In this document: positions 9,273-20,759 of the stretch, one piece after another | Numbering within the stretch: the stretch's first letter is position 1 | Layout of the letters: each line of letters begins with the position of its first letter | Assembly: GCF_044704955.1 (NCBI RefSeq) | Contig: NC_091978.1 | Coordinates: 373,178,001 to 373,242,000 of the forward strand | Direction: 5' to 3' | DNA: 64,000 nt | Source: Pristiophorus japonicus | Lineage: Eukaryota | Program-made: the position numbers and the translations under genes | The notes under the pieces: generated by a model | The model's database searches: none | Told to the model about the DNA's origin: nothing | The model's input: the letters and a program-made list of their open reading frames with translations, nothing else

Positions 9273-12228
9273 CCTGCTCTTTCTCTCTCGCAAATGTTAC
9301 TGAATTTGTTCAATGGGTTTGTGAAAATCTTCAGCTTGTATGTACTGTAGCAGACATAGCAGGGATTTGTCCAAATTATAGCTGCTTTACAGAGGTTGCA
9401 CTAAATATTTCCACTGTGGAAAAATAGATTGCGATTTAGAAAGTGGTGACTCAGTCCTCAAAGCCTCCGAACACATTACACACAGCAGTTTCTCAATTTC
9501 TACATTGTACAAGGAAAAGCTTGCTATCGAAAGTCTTGCTGGCTGTGTCTGTCACATTCTCATGTGGCACCTTCTCTCTGTCTGGCTTTGTCCTGTCATT
9601 CATTATCAGCCTGATTTCCCCCACTGTACATAAGGTATTTGTAAAATCACTGTTGCTCCTTTCCTGGCAATGAACTCAGTGGTTTTAGATTTCTCTCTCT
9701 CTCAGGCATCAGAATCGAGGAAGACTTGCTTCCACTCTAAAAGTGAGTTCTCAGGTGGCTGAACAGTCCAATACGAGAACCACAGTCCCTGTCACAGGTG
9801 GGACAGACAGTGGTTGAGGGAAGGGGAGGGTGGGACTGGTTTGCCGCACGCTCCTTCCGCTGCCTGCGCTTGGTTTCTGCATGCTCTCGGCGACGAGACT
9901 CGAGGTGCTCAGTGCCCTCCCGGATGCACTTCCTCCACTTAGGGCGATCTTTGGCCAGGGACCCCCAGGAGTCGGTGGGGATGTTGCACTTTATCAGGGA
10001 GGCTTTGAGGGTGTCCTTGTAACGTTTCCTCTGCCCACCTGGGGTTCGCTTGCCGTGTAGGAGTTCTGAGTAGAGCACTTGCTTTGGGAGTCTCGTGTCT
10101 GGCATGCGGACAAGTGGCCTGTCCAGCGGAGCTGATCGAGTGTGGTCAGTGCTTCAATGCTGGGGATGTTGGCCTGATCGAGAAAACATTGGTGCATCTG
10201 TCCTCCCAAGGGATTTGCAGGATCTTGCGGAGGCAGCTCTGGTGATATTTCTCCCGTGTTTTGAGGTGTCTACTATACATGGTCCATGTCTCTGAGCCAT
10301 ACAGAAGGGCGGGTATCACTACTGCCCTGTAGCCCATGAGCTTGGTGCCAGATTTGAGGTCCTGGTCTTCGAACACTCTTTTCCTCAGGCGGCCGAAGGC
10401 TGCACTGGAGGCGGTGTTGAACCTTGTCGTCGATGTCTGCCTTTGCTGATAGTAGGCTCCCGAGGTATGGGAAATGGTCACGTTGTCCAGGGCCGAGCCG
10501 TGGATTTTGATGACCAGAGGGCAGTGCTGTGTGGCGGGGTCAGGTTGGTGGAGGACCTTTATCTTACGGATGTTTAGTGTAAGGCCCATGCTTTTGTACA
10601 CTTCGGTGAAGGTGTTGACGATGGCTTGGAGTTCGGCCTCCGAGTGTGTGCAGACGCAGGCGTCGACTGCGTGCTGTAGCTAGACGACAGATGATGGGAT
10701 GGTCTTGGATCTGGCCTGGAGACGGCGGATGTTGAACAGATTTCCGTTTGTTCTGTAATTTAGTTCCACTCCAGTGGGGAGCTTGCTGAGGGCGAGATGG
10801 AGCATTGGTGCGATCACACAGCCCTGTTTGACCCCGGTCCGGGCATGGAATGGGTCTGTGGTGGATCACTGCTTGCATGTCATTGTGGAGCAGGCAGAGG
10901 ATGATGACAGACTTTTGAAGGCAGCCGAATCTGAGGAGGACGCTCCACAAGGGTTGGTGCTGCTCCCTGCATTTCTCTTGTATCTGTCGTACGGTGAAGA
11001 TCATGTCCATTGTGCCCCTAAGTGGACAGAATCCGCACTGCGACTCTGGGAGGAGCTCCTCAGCCACAGGGAGAAGACGGTTGAGGAGGACTCTAGCGAC
11101 GACTTTCCCAGTGGTCGACAGCAGGGAGATTCCTCTGTAGTTGCCGCAGTCGGACTTGTCACCTTTTTTCAAGAGAGTTACAGTGTCTCTGAGATCTCTT
11201 GGCATGCTCTCCTCCTTCCAAATAAGAGAGATGAGTTCATGAATCCGCGCCAGTAGTACTTCATCGCCATGCTTTAGTGCCCCAGCAGGGATTCCATCTG
11301 TTCCTGAGGCCTTGTTGTTCTTGAGATGACGGATGGCCTTTTCTACCTCGTGCCGAGCTGGGCTTTGCTGAGATAGTGGCTGGTGGCAGGCTGCGGGATG
11401 GAGTCGAGGACACTCGCATCAAAGGCAGAGTCTAGGTTAAGGAGATCTTCGAAGTGCTCCTTCCAGTGGGCACTGACTGCCTCTCTGTCCTTGATGAGTA
11501 TCTCTCCATTCTTGGCCAGTAGTGGGGTAGGGGCTTGGGTGCTTGGGCCGTAGGTCGTCTTGACTGTGCTGAAGAATCCTCGGACGTCGTGGTTGTCAGC
11601 TAGCTGCTGGATCTCCCGCGCTTTCTCCATCCACCATCTGTTCTTTAGGCCGCGAGTTTTCTGTTGGACCTCAGCCATCAGACGTCTGTAGAGCTGCTTT
11701 CTTGCCCTCGAGTTGTGTTGCTGCTTCCAATCCAGGAATGCCTTGCGCTTGCGGCATATTAGCTCCTGGATCTCCTGGTCATTCTCGTCGAACCAGTCTT
11801 GGTGTTTCCTGGTCGAGTGACCGAGCGTCTCCTCACAGGTGCTGATTATGGAGGCCTTGAGGGCAGACCAGACTCTGGGTCACTGGGAGTCGTCAGGTTG
11901 GTTGTGAGGCGCTGGTTGAATCGGGCTTTCCTAGCGGGGTCTTTGAGTGCTCCGGCGTTGATTTTCCTGCGACATTGTTTCTGTTGCCGTCACTGTTTTG
12001 GGTGGTGGTGGTGACAGAGGGGATTAGGCCGTGGTCCGTCCAGCAGTCGGCAGCTCCTGTCATGGCGCAGGTGATGCAGATGTCCTTGTGGTCCCTCGCT
12101 CGGACAATGACGTAGTCAAGGAGATGCCAGTGCTTGGAGCGAGGGTGTGGCCCTGAGGTTTTATATTTGTCCTTCTAACGGAACAGGGTATTGGTTATGA
12201 CAAGGCTGTGTTCTAAGCATTTCGTCAT

Positions 12229-13134
12229 GAGCTGGGTGGCAGTGTGAGCTGTGAGGAGGATGCTCAGAGGCTGCAGGGTGACTTGGACAGGTTAGGTGAG
12301 TGGGCAAATGCATGGCAGATGCAGTATAATGTGGATAAATGTGAGGTTATCCACTTTGGTGGCAAAAATATAAAGGCAGAATATTATTTGAATGGCGGCA
12401 GATTAGGAAAAGGGGAGGTGCAACGAGACCTGGCTGTCATGGTTCATCAGTCATTGAAAGTTGGCATGCAGGTACAGCAGGCGGTGAAGAAGGCAAATGG
12501 TATGTTGGCCTTCATAGCGAGAGGATTTGAGTATAGGAGCAGGGAGGTCTTAATGCAGTTGTACAGGGCCTTGGTGAGGCCTCGCCTGGAATATTGTGTT
12601 CAGTTTTGGTCTCCTAATCTGAGGAAGGACATTCTTGCTATTGAGGGAGTGCAGCGAAGGTTCACCAGACTGATTCCCGGGATGGCAGGACTGACATATG
12701 AAGAAAGACTGGATTGACTAAGCTTATATTCACTGGAGTTTAGAAGAATGAGAGGGGATCTCATTGAAACATAAAATTCTGCTGGGATTGGACAGGTTAG
12801 ATGCAGGAAGAATGTTCCCGATGTTGGGGAAGTCCAGAACCAGGGGTCACAGTCTAAGGATAAGGGGTAAGCCATTTAGGACCGAGATGAGGAGAAACTT
12901 CTTCACTCAGAGAGTTGTTAACCTGTGGAATTCTCTACCGCAGAGAGTTGTTGAGGCCAGTTCGTTAGATATATTCAAGAGGGAGTTAGATGTGGCCCTT
13001 ATGGCTAAAGGAATCAAGGGGTATAGAGAGAAAGCAGGAAAGGGGTACTGAGGTGAATGATCAGCCATGATCTTATTGAATGGTGGTGCAGGCTCGAATG
13101 GCCGACTCCTGCACCTATTTTGTATGTTTCTATG
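12229..13134 (+). mobile_element. HER1-like CR1 3' portion inserted into the RTE
   Basis: [18 protein letters not shown]...LEYCVQFWSP. The RTE sequence resumes on the other side. Confidence 0.9.
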
Positions 13135-13864
13135 AGAAGGGTACCGCTGGAGTTGGCTTTCCCTACCCCCCCTCTGCCGATCACACCTCCCCAAAGGTCT
13201 GTGTCCTTTCCAACCCTGGTGTTGATGTCGCCGAGGAGGATCAGTTCCGGGCTAGGGTGAGCCAAAGGGTCATGAGGCGTTCGTTTATCCCACAAGGGAA
13301 GTTTCTGAGATGGCCCACTAGCTCGTTTTTTACGGCGAAGCCAACCCCTTGGAGGCAGAGTTCTGTCTCTGGTTTCCCTTTCCAGAAGAAGGTGTAACCT
13401 CCATCTTGTTCCTTGAGCTGGCCTTCCCCTGTCCGCCTGGTCTCGCTTAGGGCAGCGATGTCAATGTTAAAGCGTCTAAGTTCCCGGGCAACGATGGCAG
13501 TGCAGCGTTCCAGTCTGTCGCTGTTGGGGTTGTCCATGGGGGTCCTGATATTCCAGGTCACGAACTTCATAAAGCGTGGAAAATGCATGCGCATGAATTC
13601 TTTAACGTGGGTTGGCCGTTGCACGCCAGCTACCACATGGGCTTAGCTGAGCAAGGTCTTGGTCAAGTGGCAAAGGGATCCAAGACGACTGGAGACCAGG
13701 CGCTGCTGTATGGGCCTAGTTCATACACACACGTATACTCCTACAGTCCTCCTACCTCCTTTCCACAGGAACTCATTCTCTCCTTGAGATTCACAGTGTG
13801 GTCCTCGCGGCATTTCGCTGTTCCTTTCCTGGGCCACTCCTTGGGCTTCACCTCGCCGCTCCTG

Positions 13865-14450
13865 GACTTCCAACCTCCGCTCTGGGTCCCGACCTCCAAC
13901 CTCCGCTCTGGGTCCCGACCTCCGACCTCCGCTCTGGGTCCCGACCTCCGACCACCGCTCTGGATCCCGACCTCCGACCTCCGCTCTGGGTCCCGACCTC
14001 CGACCTCCGCTCTGGGTCCCGACCTCCGACCTCCGCTCTGGGTCCCGACCTCCGACCTCCGCTCTGGGTCCCGACCTCCGACCTCCGCTCTGGGTCCCGA
14101 CCTCCGACCTCCGCTCTGGGTCCCGACCTCCGACCTCCGCTCTGGGTCCCGACCTCCGACCTCCGCTCTGGGTCCCGACCTCCGACCTCCGCTCTGGGCC
14201 CTGACCTCCGACCTCCGCTCTGGGCCCCGACCTCTGCTCTGGGCCCCGACCTCTGCTCTGGGCCCCGACCTCCGACCTCTGCTCTGGGCCCCGACCTCCG
14301 ACCTCTGCTCTGGGCCCCGACCTCCGACCTCTGCTCTGGGCCCCGACCTCCGACCTCTGCTCTGGGCCCCGACCACCGACACTTCCGGGCCCCGACCTCC
14401 GACACTTCCTGACCCCGACCCCGACCCCGACCTCGAACCTCCGACACCTC
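13865..14450. repeat. 26-bp minisatellite (CCGACCTCCGACCTCCGCTCTGGGTC)n with a variant gradient
   Basis: Direct inspection. Confidence 0.93.
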
Positions 14451-14504
14451 CTGGCACGGTGGTTTTAGAGATTGTATAGACTAAGATGTTGACGTTTTTG
14501 TTAA

Positions 14505-15365
14505 ATATAGGAATGGGAGTAGGCAATTTGACCCCTCTAGCCTACTCTGCCATTCAATAAGATCATGGCTGATCTGATCGTGGCCTTAACTCCACTTCCC
14601 CGCCCGCTCCCCATAACCCTTGACTCCCTTATCGTTTGAAAATCTGTCTATCTCCACCCTAAATATATTCAATGACCCAGCCTCCACAGCTCTCTGGGGC
14701 AGAGAATTCCACAGAGTCACGACCCTCAGAGAAGAAATTCCTCCTCATCTCTATTTAAATGGACGACCCCTTATTCTGAAACTATGCCCCGTAGTTCTAG
14801 ATTCCCCCACGAGGGGAAACATCCTCTCTGCATCTACTCTGTCGAACCCCCTCAGAATCTTATTAGTTTCAATAAGATCGCCTCTCATTCTTCTAAACTC
14901 CAATGAGTACAGACCCAACCTGCTCAACCTTTCTTCATAATCAACCCCTTCATCTCAGGAATCAACTGAGTGAACCTTCTCTGAACTGCCTCCAATGCAA
15001 GTATACCCTCCCTCAAATAAAGAGACCAAAACTGTACACAGTGTTCCAGGTGTGGCCTCACCAACACCCTGTACAGTTGTAGCAGGACTTCCCTACTTTC
15101 ATACTCCATCTACCTTGCAATAAAGGTCAACATTCCATTGACAGATTTGCTGGAGTTCTTTGAGGATGTAACGAGCAGGGTGGATAAGGGGGAACCAGTG
15201 GATGTGGTGTATTTGGATTTCCAGAAGGCATTCGATAAGGTGCCACATAAAAAGTTACCGCACAAGATAAAAGTTCACGGAGTTGGGGTAATTATATTAG
15301 CATGGATAGAGGATTGGCTAACTAACAGAGAACAGAGTGGGGATAAATGGGTCATTTTCTGTTGG
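14505..15365. mobile_element. CR1 3' end on the minus strand (14505-15137) joined head-to-head to an inverted upstream RT segment on the plus strand (15138-15365)
   Basis: Minus: RPHLEHCVQFW. Plus: LLEFFEDVT...[13 protein letters not shown]. Confidence 0.8.
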
Positions 15366-15614
15366 ATCATGGCTGATCTGTATGATCTGTGGGTACAAGG
15401 ATCCAGGAGAGAATGTTTGTCTGGGGGCGGGGGGTGGGGGGGGCAACACGTTAGGATTAAATAATGGAGCTCCGACGATGGATAAATATTCTTGATTTTA
15501 CACTTTGGGGAGATCAAGAAGTATTTATGCAGAGCTTATCCTCAGGAGCTGGAAAAAGATGGGTCCATGATGGAGTAGATTGTACATATCCTGTGGAAGA
15601 GCAGAACTGAGCTG

Positions 15615-16340
15615 CTAAAACGCTCTCCTGGCCGGCCTCCCATCTTCCACCCTCCCTAAACTTCAGCTCATCCAAAACCCCGATGCCCCGTGTCCTAACT
15701 CGCACCAAGTCCCGCTCACCCATCACTCCCTGTGCCCTGCGTCCTAACTCGCACCGAGTCCCGCTCACCCAGTGTCCTAACTCACACCGAGTCCCGCTCA
15801 CCTATCACCCCCTGTGCCCCGTGTCCTAACTCGCACCGAGTCCCACTCACCCATCATCCCCTGTGGTCGCTGCCCCGTGTCCTAACTCACACCGAGTCCC
15901 ACTCACCCATCACCCCCTGTGTTCGCTGACACCCGGTCTGGCAAAGTCTCCATTTTAAAATTCTCATCCTTGTTTACAAATCCCTCCATGGCCCTCGCCC
16001 CTCCCTATCTCTGTAACCTCCTCCAGCCACACAACCTCCGAGATGTCTGCACTCCTCTAATTCTGCCCTCCTGAGCATCCCTGATTATAATCGCTCCTCC
16101 ATTAGTGGCCGTGCCTCAGCTGCCTGGTCCCTAAGCTCTGGAACTCCTTCCCTAAACCTCTCCGCCTCGCTCCTCCTTTAAGACACTCCTTAAAACCGAC
16201 CTCTGACCCAGCTTTTGGTCACCTGTCCTAATATCGCTATGTGGCTCGGTGTCACATTTGTTCTGATAATCGCTCCGGTGAAGCACCTCGGGATGTTTTA
16301 CTACATTAAAGATGCTATATAAATGCAAGTTATTATTGTT
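15615..16340 (+). mobile_element. L2-clade LINE 3' end with about 5 imperfect internal tandem copies of gtgtcctaactcgcaccgagtcccgctcacccatc (15685-15925)
   Basis: L2-type 3' region ending gctatataaatgcaagtt; same family at 45215, 46850, 49210 and 59330. Confidence 0.75.
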
Positions 16341-16613
16341 AGTGCAATCGCCATTAGATAATGAACATCAAAAATCGAGCTGATCTAACCCGTGCTGTAA
16401 AATGTCAGTGAATCGCACTAATTACATAATTAATGGGGACACACCCTACCCTAATCTTGTGCTTGAGAGTAAATAGCATTAAGTACAAGAAATGGCCACG
16501 TAAACCATATTTTATGTTGTGACCTTATTTTTAATCTTGATATTCTGATTCCTGTTTGGAATCACTGCCCTATCAGCTGATTTGAAGTTGAACCTGTTTT
16601 TCTGTCTGGTACA

Positions 16614-17970
16614 TTGGGCCCAAGTTTCCACAGGATAAAAAACGGGCCCAGTTTTTCGCGCCTAAAACGGCGGCAGAAAAAAAACGCGCTATTCTCGAGC
16701 GCTTTGCAGCTCCTTGTCTGTTTGGCCCAGGGGGGCGGAGCCTACACTCGCGACGATTTTGTAAGTGGGAGGGGGCGGGTACTATTTAAATTAGTTTTTT
16801 TTCCTGCCGGCAACGCTGCGCGTGCGCGTTGGAGCGTTCGCGCATGCTCAGTGTGAAAAAAAACATTGGCACTCGGCCATTTTTGTAGTTCTTTGTAGCT
16901 GTTTAATTTTTGAACATTTTTTAATAAAAGCACATTGCCATCAGCACATCAGCACTGAGGCTATCCTTCTCATAGAAACATAGAAAATAGGTGCAGGAGT
17001 AGGCCATTCGGCCCTTCTAGCCTGCACCGCCATTCAATGAGTTCATGGCTCCTTCCCCTCCCTCCCCTCCGCGGCAACAAACCGCTGTCTCCTCCCCCTC
17101 CCCACCCTCCACGGCAACAAGCCGCTGTCTCCTTCCCCTCCCTCCCCTCCGCGGCAACAAACCGCTGTCTCCTCCCCCTCCCCACCCTCCACGGCAACAA
17201 GCCGCTGACTCCTTCCCCTCCCTCCCCTCCGCGGCAACAAGCCGCTGTCTCCTTCCCCTCCCTCCCCTCCGCGGCAACAAACCGCTGTCTCCTTCCCCTC
17301 CCTCCCCTCCGCGGCAACAAACCGCTGTCTCCTTCCCCTCCCTCCCCTCCACGGCAACAAGCCGCTGTCTCCTTCCCCTCCCTCCCCTCCACGGCAACAA
17401 GCCGCTGTCTCCTTCCCCTCCCTCCCCTCCACGGCAACAAGCCGCTGTCTCCTTCCCCTCCCCACCCTCCGCGGCAACAAACGGCAGTTTTCTCCCACGG
17501 GAACGAACGATGGCTGAAGCACTTTCACACAGATAGGAAGATGGTTTATTTAATCTTTTCTTTGCTTATAAATGTTTATTCAGGTTGGATTTATTTGTAT
17601 AATATTTGTAGAAGTATAAATAAGGATTTATTATAGAATTTAATGACTTCCCTTCCCTCCCCCCCCCCACCCCTCGTTCTGGACGCCTGATTTGTAACCT
17701 GCGCCTGATTTTTTAATGTGTAAAACAGGTTTTTTCAGTTCTACAAAAATCTTCACTTGCTCCATTCTACTTTAGTTTGGAGTCCGTTTTCACTGTGGAA
17801 ACTTTGAAATCAGGCGTCAGTGGCCGGACACTGAAGAAAAAATTCTGTTCCAAAGTAGAACTGTTCTACCTGACTAGAACTGCAGAAAAAAAAATGTGGA
17901 GAATTGCGATTTCTAAGATAGTCCGTTCTCCACCAGTTGCTCCTAAAAATCAGGCGCAAATCATGTGGAC
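16614..17970. mobile_element. Putative non-autonomous DNA-transposon-like element starting ttgggcccaagtttcc. Contains a HER1 tail (16971-17050, minus) and a 40-bp array (17051-17485, about 11 units).
   Basis: Abrupt CpG-rich onset. The right end aaatcatgtgga partially mirrors the left tccacaggat. Classification is inference. Confidence 0.5.
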
Positions 17971-18292
17971 TGAGTTGGTGCTGTCTCCTGTCTTACTGGG
18001 TCTGCAGATGCAAGTTGAATGATGTTGCAGTATAATACTTCTGGAGCATTATATTTCACCTAGAGCAATAAATATTTCTAATTGAAGCCCCGTTTCCACA
18101 AGACTTTTGGATTTATGAGAAGGGTTTTGGTGATCTGAGCCCTGTGAGATCGTATTGTTTTTCCCCATTGGTTGGCAAGGGGATTTCCAGCATAAGTACT
18201 TCATTCAAATTCGGCTTTGTCTTGCTTATCATATGTATTTGTGTGAGTACTTATTGTGCACTTGCAATAATCACTGTGATTTCTCCCTCCAG

Positions 18293-18333
18293 CTGACGGG
18301 CCTTACCTTCAGATTGTAGAACAACCCAAACAG
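18293..18333 (+). CDS. NFKB1: NFKB1 exon (human exon 4 equivalent); (T)DGPYLQIVEQPKQ, start of the Rel homology domain
   Basis: ttctccctccag|CTGACGGG...AAACAG|gtaagg; 41 nt; matches p50 DGPYLQILEQPKQ. Confidence 0.96.
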
Positions 18334-18409
18334 GTAAGGGAGAGATCAAAGCGGCATTGCGTTTATTACTAGCATTATCTTGCACTTCATTAGTCATGTT
18401 CCTTCCTTT

Positions 18410-19372
18410 TATAGCATCATACAGCACAGGAGGAGGCCATTGGGCCCATCGAGCCTGTGCCGGCTCTGTGACAGAGCGAACCAAACAGTCCCACTCCCCC
18501 CGCTCTTTCCCCACAGCCTGGCAAATTTTTAACATTCAAGTAACATATGAGGAGAGACTGGATCAACTGGGCCTGTATTCACTGGAGTTTAGAAGAATGA
18601 GAGGGGATCACATAAAAACATATAAAATTCTGACGGGATTGGACAGGTTAGATGCAGGAAGAATGTTCCCGATGTTGGGGAAGTCCAGAACCAGGGGTCA
18701 CAGTCTAAGGATAAGGGGTAAGCCATTTAGGACCGAGATGAGGAGAAACTTCTTCACTCAGAGAGTTGTTAACCTGTGGAATTCTCTACCACAGAAAGTT
18801 GTTGATGCCAATTCGTTCGATATATTCAAACGGGAGTTAGATATGGCCCTTAGGGCTAAAGGGATCAAGGGGTATGGAGAGAAAGCAGGAAAGGGGTTCT
18901 GAAGTGAATGATCAGCCATGATCTTATTGAATGGTGGTGCAGGTTCGAAGGGCTGAATGGCCTACTCCTGCACCTATTTTCTATGTTTCTATGTTATCCA
19001 ATTCCCATTTGAAAGTCACTATTGAATCTGCCCCTACCGCCCTTTCAGGCAGCGCGTCCCAGATCACAACTCGCTGCGTAAACACATCCTCCTCGTCTCC
19101 CCCTCTGGTTCCACACATTACCATCAATCTGTGTCCCCTGGTTACCAATCCTTCTGCCACTGGGAACAGTTTCTCCCGATCTACTCTACGAAAACTCCAT
19201 ATAATTTTGAACACCTCCATTAAATCTCCCTTTAACCTGCAAGGAGAACAAGGCCAGCTTCTCCAGTCTCTCCCCATCACTGACTGCCCTTATCCCTGGT
19301 ATCATTCTCCTCTGCCCCCTCTCCAAGGCTGTGTCATCCTTCCTCAAGTGTGGTGCCCCGAATGGAGCAACC
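18410..19372. mobile_element. Minus-strand CR1 fragment interrupted by a plus-strand HER1 3' end (18541-18993)
   Basis: Host sequence is continuous across the insertion (ttcaag|ttatccaattccc). Confidence 0.8.
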
Positions 19373-19654
19373 CATGAAAAATTATATTCAATTCTGATTA
19401 TAAAACCTTTGCACTTAACTTGGGCAGCCAAAAGAAACTGAGGAAAGCTGGGATTCAGTCTGTTTGGAGACAATTGTAACAACCTATGGTAACAATCGTT
19501 GTACGCTGATTGAGAACCTGTATTTATTGATGGATTGTTTCCATTGGGCAGTGGGACAGTAATGAGACTAAATCTGATGATTGCAGGGAATCAAAGAGGA
19601 GCTTAGAAAGAATGAGGCATTTGATGGTTAGAATGTGAGTCATAACAAACTGGG

Positions 19655-19895
19655 AGATTTTATCTTTTCCGCAGCGCGTTGTTGCGATGCGGAACACGCT
19701 GCCTCAAAGGGCGGTGGGAGCAGATTCGATCAGAAATTTCAGAAGGGAATTGGATAAATACTTGAAGGTGAAAAACATTCACAGGGCTGTGGGGAAAGAG
19801 CGGGGAGAGTGGGACTGATTGGATCGCTCTGTCACAGAGCCGGCACAGGCTCGATGGGCCCAATGGCCTCCTGTGCTGAGAGATTCTATTCTATG
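19655..19895 (+). mobile_element. CR1-derived short 3' fragment (recurring; also at 1-75, 27318-27528, 31690-31835 and 57295-57630)
   Basis: gactgattggatcgctctgtcacagagccggcacaggctcgatgggcccaatggcctcct tail. Confidence 0.75.
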
Positions 19896-20217
19896 GCCTG
19901 CATAAAATCTCTTTTAAAAGGAAATTAGTAGATTGTTGCTTGAAGAAGAATATTAAAGTTTATGGGGAGGAAGCAAGGAAAGTGGTTTTAGGCTTCTGTG
20001 CCAAATCACAGCTCAGGGAATAAATAGCGCGTTAACATGTTCCTGTCATTATAAAGCAGCATCCTAATTGACAAACCCTGGACAATGGCCGAGGAGCTCT
20101 GCTCAGGGGTAGTCTACGATCAAGAGTACAGTTGTTCCATTTAGCTGCTAGGATGGATCTTAGCTGTCGGGTATTTCCCGTGGGAACGTGTATCTAACCA
20201 GGAACATCCTGAGGTCA

Positions 20218-20596
20218 ATAGAATCTCAGAAATGTACAGCACAGAAGGAGGCCATTCGGCCCATCGTGTCCGTGCCGGCCGACAAAGAGCTACCCAGCCT
20301 AATCCCACTTTCCAGCTCTCGGTCCGTAGCCCTGTAGGTTACGGCACTTCAGGTGCACATCCAAGTACTTTTTAAATGTGGTGAGGGTTTCTGCCTCTAC
20401 CACCCTTTCAGGCAGTGAGTTCCAGACCCCCACCACCCTCTGGGTGAAAAAGTTCTCCTCAAACCCCCTCTAAACCTCGTTTACTTTAAATCTATGCCCC
20501 CTGGTTGTTGACCCCTCTGCTAAGGGAAACAGGTCCGTCCTATCCACTCTATCCAGGCCCCTCATAATTTTATACACCTCAATCAGGTCTCCCCTA
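20218..20596 (-). mobile_element. CR1 3' end
   Basis: Reverse complement of the 26640-27000 family. Confidence 0.8.
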
Positions 20597-20759
20597 AATC
20601 CAAAACTAACCAATGTCTTTCCCAGATAATGTTTTACTATTACACACTGCTGTTGTTTCAGATACTTGTTTAATAAGATTGATCACCGAGCGTGTTGTGT
20701 ATACGGGACACCGAGCGTGTTGTGTATACGGGACACCAAGCGTGTTGTGTATCTACATA

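Larger units (their letters stand above)
9690..14458 (-). mobile_element. Near-full-length degenerate RTE LINE (APE + RT + C-terminal knuckle) with a 26-bp VNTR in its 5' UTR and a candidate 11-bp TSD
   Basis: MKFVTWNIRT, ILLGDINTRVG, NYRGISLLS, GVKQGCV and LLYGSETW fragments. GTGGTTTTAGA occurs at 9679-9689 and 14459-14469. Confidence 0.87.

Noticed and set aside
8773-9350. Extensin- or collagen-like Pro/Gly-rich ORFs (also 36003-36845 and 60575-61352)
   Set aside because: Low-complexity C/G-run arrays with frame-breaking run-length variation.
13600-13740. HDV-like ribozyme in the RTE 5'UTR
   Set aside because: Known for some RTEs, but I could not build the nested double pseudoknot by eye; only a simple hairpin is evident.
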